From positions 1-56,079 of the forward strand of contig JAFAHL010000386.1 in NCBI GenBank assembly GCA_019237215.1: a stretch of 56,079 bases of DNA, written 5' to 3'. Shown here piece by piece: positions 1-6,961 of the stretch. Position numbers and translations under genes: made by a program. The notes below the pieces were generated by a model, which did no database searches, was not told the origin of the DNA, and worked only from the letters and a program-made list of their open reading frames with translations. The stretch's first letter is position 1. The number at the start of each line of letters is the position of its first letter. The DNA comes from Hyphomicrobiales bacterium (GTDB lineage: Bacteria > Pseudomonadota > Alphaproteobacteria > Rhizobiales > Xanthobacteraceae).

Positions 1-104
1 AGCGGCGAAGCGTGCAGCGCAACCACGCCGCAGATGAGCATCAAGCCCCCGCCGATCAGCCTGGCCGCGCGCTCCCACCCGCCAACGTTCTTCCTATACC
101 ACAT
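1..104 (-). CDS. DUF2892/YgaP-like small membrane protein, N-terminal part only (gene runs off the left edge)
   Basis: Minus-strand reading from ATG 104-102 gives MWYRKNVGGWERAARLIGGGLMLICGVVALHASP...; same pattern as the + strand gene at 295-588 and about 92% nt identity to it. Confidence 0.55.
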   Translation of the reverse strand, partial: MWYRKNVGGWERAARLIGGGLMLICGVVALHASP

Positions 105-294
105 GGTCCTGTGCTCCGGCTCGTGACGCACCGCAATCGCGCATTCAGGCGTTGCTTTGACGCAAGCCGCGGCAGCAGCGGCTTTATCCGGATGTCCACA
201 CCCCGGCGACCCGATGCCGGCGTTCCTCAGCGGCCCAAGCCCGCGCCCGACGCCCACGCCAGCCTGCTGAAGCTGCCACCCCTCAAAATTATTT

Positions 295-588
295 TTGTGC
301 CGCGACCCCGGCGCCGGGTTTGCGCCCTCTTGTCTTAGTGAATGCGCCATAGCGGCGCGTCACGAACCTGAGGACAGAACCAGGTGGTATAGCAAGAACG
401 TTAGCGGGTGGAAGCGCGCGGCCAGGCTGATCGGCGGGGGCTTGATGCTCACCTGCGGCGTGGCTGCGCTGCACGCTTCGCCGCTCGGGCTACTGCTCAG
501 CGGCGCGGGTGTCGTGACGCTGGTCACCGGCGTGTTCGGCTATTGCCCTGCCTGCGCCATCGCCGGGCGCGAGCCACTGAAGGGGTGA
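295..588 (+). CDS. DUF2892/YgaP-like small membrane protein with C-terminal CPxC motif
   Basis: Track ORF of 97 aa: KNVSGWKRAARLIGGGLMLTCGVAALH...LVTGVFGYCPACAIAG (two TM helices, Cys-Pro-Ala-Cys). Start uncertain: 295 is TTG, and the codon matching the paralog's ATG is AGG (382-384). Stop TGA 586-588 overlaps GTG 585 of the next gene. Confidence 0.6.
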   Translation: MCRDPGAGFAPSCLSECAIAARHEPEDRTRWYSKNVSGWKRAARLIGGGLMLTCGVAALHASPLGLLLSGAGVVTLVTGVFGYCPACAIAGREPLKG

Positions 589-1139
589 CTGCCTTGGCGC
601 GCGTATCAGACGGTCTCTTGCTCGCGGCACAGTCGGGTGACCGGCACGCGCTGACACAGCTATTGGTGGCGCTGCAGCCGGACATTCGACGCTACGCCCG
701 GCGCCATTGCCACCGCACCTCGGTCATCGAAGATGTGGTGCAAGAAGCACTCATCGTCGTGTACCGGCGCGTGGGCACGATCCGCAGTCCAGCCGCACTC
801 GCCGGCTGGCTGGTGACCGTCATCGCGCGCCTTTGCATGCTGCCGGCGCTGATGCTGATGCGCGGAGTCGAGGAGCTCGCCAGCCTGGAAGAGTCACGCG
901 AGCTCGCAAAGGTCCCGCCGGACGAGTTGCGCATAGACTTGGTCAATGCGATCGAGTCGCTTTCGCCGTCCCATCGCGAAGTGCTGCTGCTGCGAGATCT
1001 CGAAGATCTGACGATTTGGGAAATCGCCGGGCGGCTCGGCGTCACGCGCGAAGCGGCCAAAAGCCGCCTGCGCCGCGCCCGCACACTGGTGCGCGAATAC
1101 CTGCTCGGCACAAAGGACAGCGGACGAGAGAGCACATGA
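585..1139 (+). CDS. ECF-type sigma-70 family RNA polymerase sigma factor
   Basis: Region 2 (VVQEALIVVYRRVGTIRSPAALAGWLVTVIARLC) and region 4 HTH (LSPSHREVLLLRDLEDLTIWEIAGRLGVTREAAKSRLRRARTLV). The track ORF opens at 408, but its first 59 codons are Arg-rich and overlap the upstream gene; GTG 585 gives a normal 184-aa ECF sigma. Confidence 0.8.
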   Translation: MTALARVSDGLLLAAQSGDRHALTQLLVALQPDIRRYARRHCHRTSVIEDVVQEALIVVYRRVGTIRSPAALAGWLVTVIARLCMLPALMLMRGVEELASLEESRELAKVPPDELRIDLVNAIESLSPSHREVLLLRDLEDLTIWEIAGRLGVTREAAKSRLRRARTLVREYLLGTKDSGREST

Positions 1140-1513
1140 ATTACTTTCGTGGATTCGGCCTGTTCGGGAGCGCCTTCCTGGGCGCACACCTGATGCGCGG
1201 CGCAGCTGCGGCGGCGCTACTCGCTTGGGCCATCGTCCACCAGACCGCGCACCCTTGGCCATCCTTGGGCGCCGGCGTTGCCGCCCTCGTCGCGCTACGC
1301 GGATGCCCGATGTGCTGGACAGTGGGCCTGGTCGAGACGCTTTCGCAAGGTATGCGACTAAATGCGATACGGTACTTCGCTCAAAGTTGGCGCTTTCCAA
1401 TGTCGCGGGTGTCTCGATGTGCATCCATTGAGAGGGCACGAACCATCCTGGTTACCGGTGCCATGTCCGTTCCTGGGGGTAGACCGGAAGTTGAAGGCAG
1501 GGCGCCAAAATGA
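1136..1513 (+). CDS. small membrane protein with CPMC motif in the anti-sigma position (function unknown)
   Basis: In-frame ATG 1136 overlaps the sigma stop (ATGA, 1136-1139). MNYFRGFGLFGSAFLGAHL...AALVALRGCPMCWTVGLVETL is hydrophobic; the last ~50 codons have low GC3, so the real C-terminus is uncertain. Confidence 0.45.
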   Translation: MNYFRGFGLFGSAFLGAHLMRGAAAAALLAWAIVHQTAHPWPSLGAGVAALVALRGCPMCWTVGLVETLSQGMRLNAIRYFAQSWRFPMSRVSRCASIERARTILVTGAMSVPGGRPEVEGRAPK

Positions 1514-1554
1514 CGCGATTGACCCTCAAGAGACATTGCGGGCGATTATGGTTG

Positions 1555-1628
1555 GCGTAGGGTGGGCAAGGCGGACCCCAAGTAGGTGCACTAATCGAAA
1601 CTCCGGGGCCGCCTTGCCCACCCTACGC
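1555..1628. repeat. perfect 20-bp inverted repeat (stem-loop), extendable by 4 bp past a 1-nt bulge
   Basis: gcgtagggtgggcaaggcgg (1555-1574) is the exact reverse complement of ccgccttgcccaccctacgc (1609-1628); cccc 1576-1579 pairs with gggg 1605-1608; 25-nt loop. Lies between the sigma cassette and the methyltransferase gene. Confidence 0.8.
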
Positions 1629-1650
1629 TTGCTTAACATTAGGGGGTCGC

Positions 1651-2154
1651 ATGTCGAAGATCACAGCAATCCTGGGTTCCGCGCTGTTTTTCGTCGTTGC
1701 ACCGGCGATGTTGGCGGGCGTCATCCCATGGTCGATCACGCATTGGGAATTTCGGCCACCCTTTTTAGCCGCCGAAGCGACACGCTTGGCTGGGCTCGCG
1801 TTCATTATTGCCGGCGTGCCTGGAGTGTTGGATTCGTTTGCGCGCTTTGCCTTGGAGGGGCTGGGGACGCCCGCCCCGATCGCGCCGCCACAAAAGCTCG
1901 TAGTGACTGGCCTTTATCGCTACGTGCGAAACCCGATCTACATCGCGGTCGTCGCAGTCATTTTTGGTCAGGCCCTTTTGTTTGGCGACTCGCGTCTCCT
2001 CTGGTACGGCGCGCTACTCTGGCTCTTTTTTCATGTCTGGGTGGTGGTGATAGAAGAACCGACGCTCCGCCAAAGCTTCGGAGCCGAGTATGAAAGCTAT
2101 CGCGCCCATGTGCCGCGGTGGCTTCCCAGACTCACTCCATGGCGAGCCGTCTAA
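1651..2154 (+). CDS. isoprenylcysteine carboxyl methyltransferase (ICMT)/phospholipid methyltransferase family membrane protein
   Basis: 167 aa, polytopic; LVVTGLYRYVRNPIYIAVVAVIFGQALLF and EEPTLRQSFGAEYESYRAHVPRWLP match the ICMT/PEMT C-terminal signature. Confidence 0.75.
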   Translation: MSKITAILGSALFFVVAPAMLAGVIPWSITHWEFRPPFLAAEATRLAGLAFIIAGVPGVLDSFARFALEGLGTPAPIAPPQKLVVTGLYRYVRNPIYIAVVAVIFGQALLFGDSRLLWYGALLWLFFHVWVVVIEEPTLRQSFGAEYESYRAHVPRWLPRLTPWRAV

Positions 2155-2199
2155 CCGATTTTGATGCTCGGTGAGGTCGAAACGTCTGAGTCTGGCCCT

Positions 2200-2440
2200 G
2201 GATCGGGATAGGGGGACGCCTCGCGACGCCACCCCTCCCACACCACCGGGCATACGGGTCCCGTACCACGGCGGTTCGACCGAGTTAAGCTTGGGCGGGC
2301 GCATAGATTTGGGGAAGACCGAGCGACTCGAAATAGTTGTTGCGCAGGGCTTGTTGGACCGCCGGGTGTCCGGACATGCGCCAGAGCCCGCCGTTGTTGG
2401 AGGCTGAGCGGACATCAGTCCGTCGGCCGTTTAATGAGTA
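2200..2440 (-). mobile_element. group II intron 3' remnant (C-terminal ~35 codons of the intron-encoded protein plus a domain V-like hairpin)
   Basis: Minus-strand frame reads ...SASNNGGLWRMSGHPAVQQALRNNYFESLGLPQIYAPAQA* (stop at 2287-2285), resembling the conserved maturase C-terminus (G-x-W-R-x-S ... A-L-x-N-x-Y-F-x-S-L-G-L-P). Downstream accgccgugg-uacg-ggacc-cgua-ug-cc-cggugguguggg folds like domain V with a 2-nt 3' bulge. No RT domain and no 5' part present. Confidence 0.55.
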
Positions 2441-2454
2441 CGCGGCCTAGTCAT

Positions 2455-2670
2455 TCACGCGGCCCTCGTTGTCTTTGTCGGAAGGGCGATTGTCTCCAGC
2501 GTCGTCAGGTCGAGGCGCCGGGATGCGCCGTCGATATCGAAACCCACGACGTCGCCGGCGGCGTCAAGGTCCACGTTGAGGCCCGAAGCGATTTCACGCG
2601 TCTCCGCGCCAGGCGAGGCCTTAAGCTCGATGTAGAGGCTGTCCGTTTCCGGATAGTAATGCAGCTTCAC
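2455..2670 (-). CDS. DUF2283-like small protein (putative antitoxin)
   Basis: GTG 2670 start gives VKLHYYPETDSLYIELKASPGAETREIASGLNVDLDAAGDVVGFDIDGASRRL..., the typical DUF2283 pattern. The start overlaps the upstream stop (GTGA, 2670-2667). Confidence 0.65.
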   Translation of the reverse strand: MKLHYYPETDSLYIELKASPGAETREIASGLNVDLDAAGDVVGFDIDGASRRLDLTTLETIALPTKTTRAA

Positions 2671-2918
2671 GATCTTTTCTCCCGAAAGTCCCGGTCGAAG
2701 AAAGCGTTGTGGATCGTATCGCCGTCGTCGAGCGTAACGATCCGGAGCACGCGGGTCGTTCCGTCCCGGGCATCGACGACCCGCCCCCAATAGCGAATGC
2801 GCCCGTCGTCCTGAATAAGCCGCTCCAACGGACGCGCGATCACCTCAGCGCATTGATTGCGGTCGATGTACGGTCGCTTGCGCAGCACCTGCTCCTCGAA
2901 ATATCGCGTCGTTTTCAT
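2667..2918 (-). CDS. DUF4258-like small protein (putative toxin partner of DUF2283)
   Basis: 83 aa: MKTTRYFEEQVLRKRPYIDRNQ...LRIVTLDDGDTIHNAFFDRDF. Recognised from recall as the small family usually found directly upstream of DUF2283 genes; family name not verified. Confidence 0.5.
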   Translation of the reverse strand: MKTTRYFEEQVLRKRPYIDRNQCAEVIARPLERLIQDDGRIRYWGRVVDARDGTTRVLRIVTLDDGDTIHNAFFDRDFREKRS

Positions 2919-2981
2919 CTCGCGCTTTCGTGGGTTGCTGCGCGTGAAAGCGAATCCTATCGAAACTACGAGACAAAGCCA

Positions 2982-5900
2982 CTACCCCCTCTTCCCCGCA
3001 ATTTTCGCGATCTCGCGCATGATCCTCAGCGTTCCGTCCAGCCGGTCAGCGAGCTTCTCGAAATCGTCGGCCACCACGATGCGCATGTCGGGGCGGATGC
3101 GAGCGAGCGAGCCCTGCGCTTCGACCCATCTTACGAGCGCGGTCGGGTTCGAGAAAGAGTTGTTGCGGAAGGCGAGCGTCAAGCCTTTCGGGCCCGCGTC
3201 GAGCTTTTCGACGTTCGATCTGCGGCAGAGCGCCTTGATGAGAACGAGCTTCATCAAGAGACCGACTTCGGGCGGCGGCGGGCCGAAGCGATCGACGATC
3301 TCGGCGCCCATCCCGTCGATCTCGCTCTCGTCCTCGAGCGCCGAGAGGCGCCGGTAGAGAGCGAGCCGCGTCGGCAAATCGGGAATATACGACTCGGGAA
3401 TCGTCACCGGCGCGCCGAGCTGGATGGTCGGCGACCACATGTCCTCGGCCGGCGCCTCCTCGCCCGACTTGATGCGCTCGACCGCCTCGCGCACCATCTG
3501 CTGATAGAGTTCGTAGCCGACTTCCTTGATATGGCCCGACTGCTCCTCGCCCAAAAGGTTGCCCGCGCCGCGCAAGTCGAGGTCGTGGCTCGCGAGCTGG
3601 AAGCCGGCGCCGAGCGTATCGAGCGACTGCAGCACTTGCAGCCGCTTCTCCGCCTGCGGCGTGATCTTCGCCTTCATGGGCGTGGTGAAGATCGCGTAGG
3701 CGCGCAGTTTCGATCGCCCTACGCGGCCGCGCAGCTGATAGAGCTGCGCGAGGCCGAAGATGTCGGCGCGATGCACGATCATCGTGTTGGCACGCGGAAT
3801 GTCGAGGCCGGATTCGACGATCGCGGTCGAGAGCAGAATGTCGTACTTGCCGTCGTAGAAGGCGCCGACCTTGTCCTCGAGTTCGCGCGCCCCCATTTGT
3901 CCGTGCGCCGTGACGAATTTCGCCTCCGGGACGTTCTGTCGCAGGAACGCCGCGGCTTCGTCGAGATCCTCGATGCGCGGGCAGACATAGAAGGACTGGC
4001 CGCCGCGATAGCGCTCGCGCAGCAGCGCCTCCCGCACGATCAGCGCATCGAAGGGCGAAACGAAGGTGCGCACCGCAAGCCGGTCGACGGGAGGCGTCGC
4101 GATGATCGAGAGGTCGCGGACGCCGGTCATCGCGAGCTGCAGGGTGCGGGGAATGGGGGTGGCCGAGAGCGTCAGCATGTGCACTTCGGTGCGCAGCTCC
4201 TTCAGCCGCTCCTTGTGGCCGACGCCAAAATGCTGCTCCTCGTCGACGACCACGAGACCGAGGTCCTTGAAGGCAACGGTCTTGCCTAGCACGGCATGGG
4301 TGCCGACGACCATGTCGACGCCGCCCTCGGCGAGGCCCTGCTTCGTCTCGCGGCTCTCGGCCGCGCCGACCATGCGCGAGAGCTGCCCGATGCGCACGGG
4401 AAGGCCGGAGAAGCGCTCGCGGAAAACCTTCGTGTGCTGGCGCGCGAGCAAAGTCGTCGGCACGACGATCGCGGTCTGCTTGCCATTGATCGCGGCAGCG
4501 AAAGCGGCGCGCAACGCCACCTCCGTCTTGCCGAAGCCGACGTCCCCGCAGACGAGCCGGTCCATCGGCCGGCCGGCGGCGAGGTCGTCGAGGGTCGTTT
4601 CAATGGCGTTGCCCTGGTCTTGCGTCTCGTCATAGGGAAAGCGCGCGCAGAATTCGTCGTAGAGCCCTTCCGGCACGGTGAGGCGCGGGGCGGCGTGGGT
4701 CATGCGCTGGGCGGCGACGCGAATGAGTTCGCCCGCCATTTCGCGCACGCGCTTTTTCAGGCGCGCCTTGCGCGACTGCCAGCCAGCGCCGCCGAGCCTG
4801 TCGAGCTCGCCCGTCTCCGAGCCGTAGCGCGACAGGAGTTCGAGGTTTTCGACCGGCAGGAAGAGCCGGTCGCCGCCGGCGTAGTGGATCTCGAGGCAGT
4901 CGTGCGGCGCGCCCGCAACCTCGATCGTCTTCAAGCCGACGAAGCGCCCGACGCCGTGGTCGATATGGACGACAAGGTCGCCTGAGGTCAGCGCGCTCGC
5001 CTCCGCCAGCACGTCCTGCGCGCGGCGCCTGCGTCTCGACTGGCGGACAAGCCGGTCGCCGAGAATGTCCTGCTCGCCGACGATGGCGAAGTCCGGCGCC
5101 TCGAACCCCTGTTCGAGCGCGATCACCGCGAGCGGCAGCGCGCCGGCGCGGGCGGTCCTGGCCTGATGGTAGGACGAGACAAGCTCAAGCGATTTCAGCC
5201 CGTGCTCGGCGAGCACATGGCTCAGCCGCTCGCGCGAGCCATCGCTCCAGCCGGCGACGATCACGTTCAAGCCCCGTTCGCGCAGCGCCCGGATATGGGC
5301 GACCGCGGCGTCGAACACGTTGGCGTTCTCGTTCTGCCGCTCGGGCGCAAAATTGCGCCCGACCCGCCCGCCGCAATCGACGATGTTGGCCGCGCCGGGC
5401 TGAGCCTCGAAGGGCGTAAGCCGGGCGAGCGGCGCGGCTGCGAGCTGTTCCTTCCACTCATCCTCAGCGAGGTAGAGCCGCACATGCGGAAGCGGTTTGT
5501 AGTCGGCCTTTGCCGGGTCCTGCACATAGGCCGCGCGGCGCGCGGAATAGCTGTCGGCGATCTGGGCGATGCGCTGGCTCGCCGCCTCCTCGGCCCGCGC
5601 GTCGAGCACGAAGGGCGCGTCGCCAACGTAGTCGAAGAGTGTGTCGAGCCTCTCGTAGAGAAGCGGAAGCCAGTGCTCGAGGCCGATCGCGCGGCGGCCC
5701 TCGCTAACGGCGGCGTAGAGGTCGTCGTCGCGCGTCGGCGCGCCGAATTCCAGCGCGTAGGCCTGGCGGAAACGGCGGATCGATTCGGTCGTGAGCCGCG
5801 CCTCGCTCATCGGCACGAGGTCGAGCGAGCGCAGCTGCCCAACGCTGCGCTGCGTCTCGGGATCGAAGGCGCGGATCGATTCCAGAGTGTCGCCGAAAAA

Positions 5901-6506
5901 GTCGAGCCGGATCGGCGCGGGGGCGCCGGGCGGGTAAAGATCGAGAATGCCGCCGCGGGTGGCGTAGTCGCCGACGTCGCGGACCACGCTCGTGCGGGCA
6001 TAGCCGTTCGACTCGAGCCAGAGCGCGAGCGCCTCCATCCGGACGCTGTTGCCGGGCGCGGCCGAGAAGGCGGCGGAGGCCACATAGGCGAGCGGCGGAA
6101 CGCGCTGTGTCAGCGCGCTGACCGACCCGACGAGAATGCGCGGCCGCTCGACCGCGCCGCGAGTGCGCGCAAGTCGGGCAAGCACCGTCATGCGTTCGGC
6201 CGAAACCGCCGCGTTCGGCGACACCCTGTCGTAGGGCTGACAGTCCCAGGAGGGCACGTAAAGCGCCTCGACCTCGGGCGCGGCGAAGGCGAGCGCATCG
6301 ATGAAATTCTGCGCGCGCAAGGAATCGCGCGCGACGAAGACGAGCGTCACGGCGCGCGCTTCGCCTCCTTTGGCGAGCGCGCGCGTCAGCTCAGCGACGA
6401 CGAAGGCGTCGTAACCCTCGGGGGCGCGGCAGAGCGTGACCGCGCCGCCGTCTGCGAGGCGGCGAGCGGCGGGCGCGAGAACTGTCGCTTCGCGGTGAAA
6501 AGTCAC
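2982..6506 (-). CDS. mfd: transcription-repair coupling factor Mfd
   Basis: 1174 aa; CarD-like region (VVHIDHGVGRFVGL), Walker A GDVGFGKTEVALRAA, DEEQHFGV box, helicase C domain, TRG/D7 C-terminus; GTG start at 6506. Confidence 0.97.
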   Translation of the reverse strand: MTFHREATVLAPAARRLADGGAVTLCRAPEGYDAFVVAELTRALAKGGEARAVTLVFVARDSLRAQNFIDALAFAAPEVEALYVPSWDCQPYDRVSPNAAVSAERMTVLARLARTRGAVERPRILVGSVSALTQRVPPLAYVASAAFSAAPGNSVRMEALALWLESNGYARTSVVRDVGDYATRGGILDLYPPGAPAPIRLDFFGDTLESIRAFDPETQRSVGQLRSLDLVPMSEARLTTESIRRFRQAYALEFGAPTRDDDLYAAVSEGRRAIGLEHWLPLLYERLDTLFDYVGDAPFVLDARAEEAASQRIAQIADSYSARRAAYVQDPAKADYKPLPHVRLYLAEDEWKEQLAAAPLARLTPFEAQPGAANIVDCGGRVGRNFAPERQNENANVFDAAVAHIRALRERGLNVIVAGWSDGSRERLSHVLAEHGLKSLELVSSYHQARTARAGALPLAVIALEQGFEAPDFAIVGEQDILGDRLVRQSRRRRRAQDVLAEASALTSGDLVVHIDHGVGRFVGLKTIEVAGAPHDCLEIHYAGGDRLFLPVENLELLSRYGSETGELDRLGGAGWQSRKARLKKRVREMAGELIRVAAQRMTHAAPRLTVPEGLYDEFCARFPYDETQDQGNAIETTLDDLAAGRPMDRLVCGDVGFGKTEVALRAAFAAAINGKQTAIVVPTTLLARQHTKVFRERFSGLPVRIGQLSRMVGAAESRETKQGLAEGGVDMVVGTHAVLGKTVAFKDLGLVVVDEEQHFGVGHKERLKELRTEVHMLTLSATPIPRTLQLAMTGVRDLSIIATPPVDRLAVRTFVSPFDALIVREALLRERYRGGQSFYVCPRIEDLDEAAAFLRQNVPEAKFVTAHGQMGARELEDKVGAFYDGKYDILLSTAIVESGLDIPRANTMIVHRADIFGLAQLYQLRGRVGRSKLRAYAIFTTPMKAKITPQAEKRLQVLQSLDTLGAGFQLASHDLDLRGAGNLLGEEQSGHIKEVGYELYQQMVREAVERIKSGEEAPAEDMWSPTIQLGAPVTIPESYIPDLPTRLALYRRLSALEDESEIDGMGAEIVDRFGPPPPEVGLLMKLVLIKALCRRSNVEKLDAGPKGLTLAFRNNSFSNPTALVRWVEAQGSLARIRPDMRIVVADDFEKLADRLDGTLRIMREIAKIAGKRG

Positions 6507-6508
6507 TT

Positions 6509-6826
6509 CTAGGAGAAATCCCGCTCGGCTTTTTCGGCCCTCGTCAGCGCGTCGCGCGGCGCCGCCCTCAGGCGGGCGATGACCGGCGTCTCGAACTCGG
6601 GCGGCGTCGCCGCCTCGCCGGTGATCCAGGCCAGCGCCAGAGGGTCGGGAACGTCGAGCAAACGCTCGAACTCGTCGAGCTCGGCTTGGCTCATCGTCGG
6701 GAGATGGGCGTCGGCAAACCGGCCCATCACCAGATCCATCTCGCGCAATCCCCGACGCCGGGCGCGAAACAGAATCTTCCGCCGCCGCTCATCGAACGCA
6801 GCGCTGCTCAACATCGAGCCGGGCAT
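6509..6826 (-). CDS. sdhE: succinate dehydrogenase assembly factor 2 / FAD assembly factor SdhE (DUF339)
   Basis: RRRKILFRARRRGLREMDLVMGRFADAHLPTMSQAELDEFERLLDVPDPLALAWITG is the SdhE core. ATG 6826 chosen (alternatives: TTG 6841, ATG 6814). Confidence 0.8.
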   Translation of the reverse strand: MPGSMLSSAAFDERRRKILFRARRRGLREMDLVMGRFADAHLPTMSQAELDEFERLLDVPDPLALAWITGEAATPPEFETPVIARLRAAPRDALTRAEKAERDFS

Positions 6827-6961
6827 CAACGGACCTTTCAAGACGGGAATCCCTGCGCTTATAGCGGGACGAAAGATCGGTGTCAGCCTCCCGAGCGTCC
6901 TTCGAGGCTCTTGCTGCGCAAGAGCGCCTCGGGACCAGGAGTTTGATTGCGCCGTGGATTG

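Noticed and set aside
12-474. ORFs 12-338 (+) and 289-474 (-), which share the peptide MQR.HAA.EHQAPADQPGRALPPANVL
   Set aside because: Each is the antisense reading of a DUF2892 gene copy. Their similarity only reflects the inverted duplication, not a real protein family.
408-584. Upstream extension of the ECF sigma ORF to 408
   Set aside because: The extra 59 codons are Arg-rich, overlap the DUF2892 gene in another frame and have no sigma-factor homology. GTG 585, with its 4-nt overlap to the upstream stop, is the more plausible start.
2709-4289. Long alternative-frame or antisense ORFs in the track (e.g. 2709-4289 +, 5166-6512 +, 7583-9133 +, 11493-13760 +, 18859-20046 +, 21712-23304 +, 38853-40373 -)
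   Set aside because: They lie opposite or out of frame to strongly recognisable genes (mfd, CoA-transferase, rnj/birA, nuoL/J, nuoG, MCO-like). They are Arg/Ala/Gly/Asp-rich as expected for shadow frames in ~65% GC DNA and match no family I recognise.
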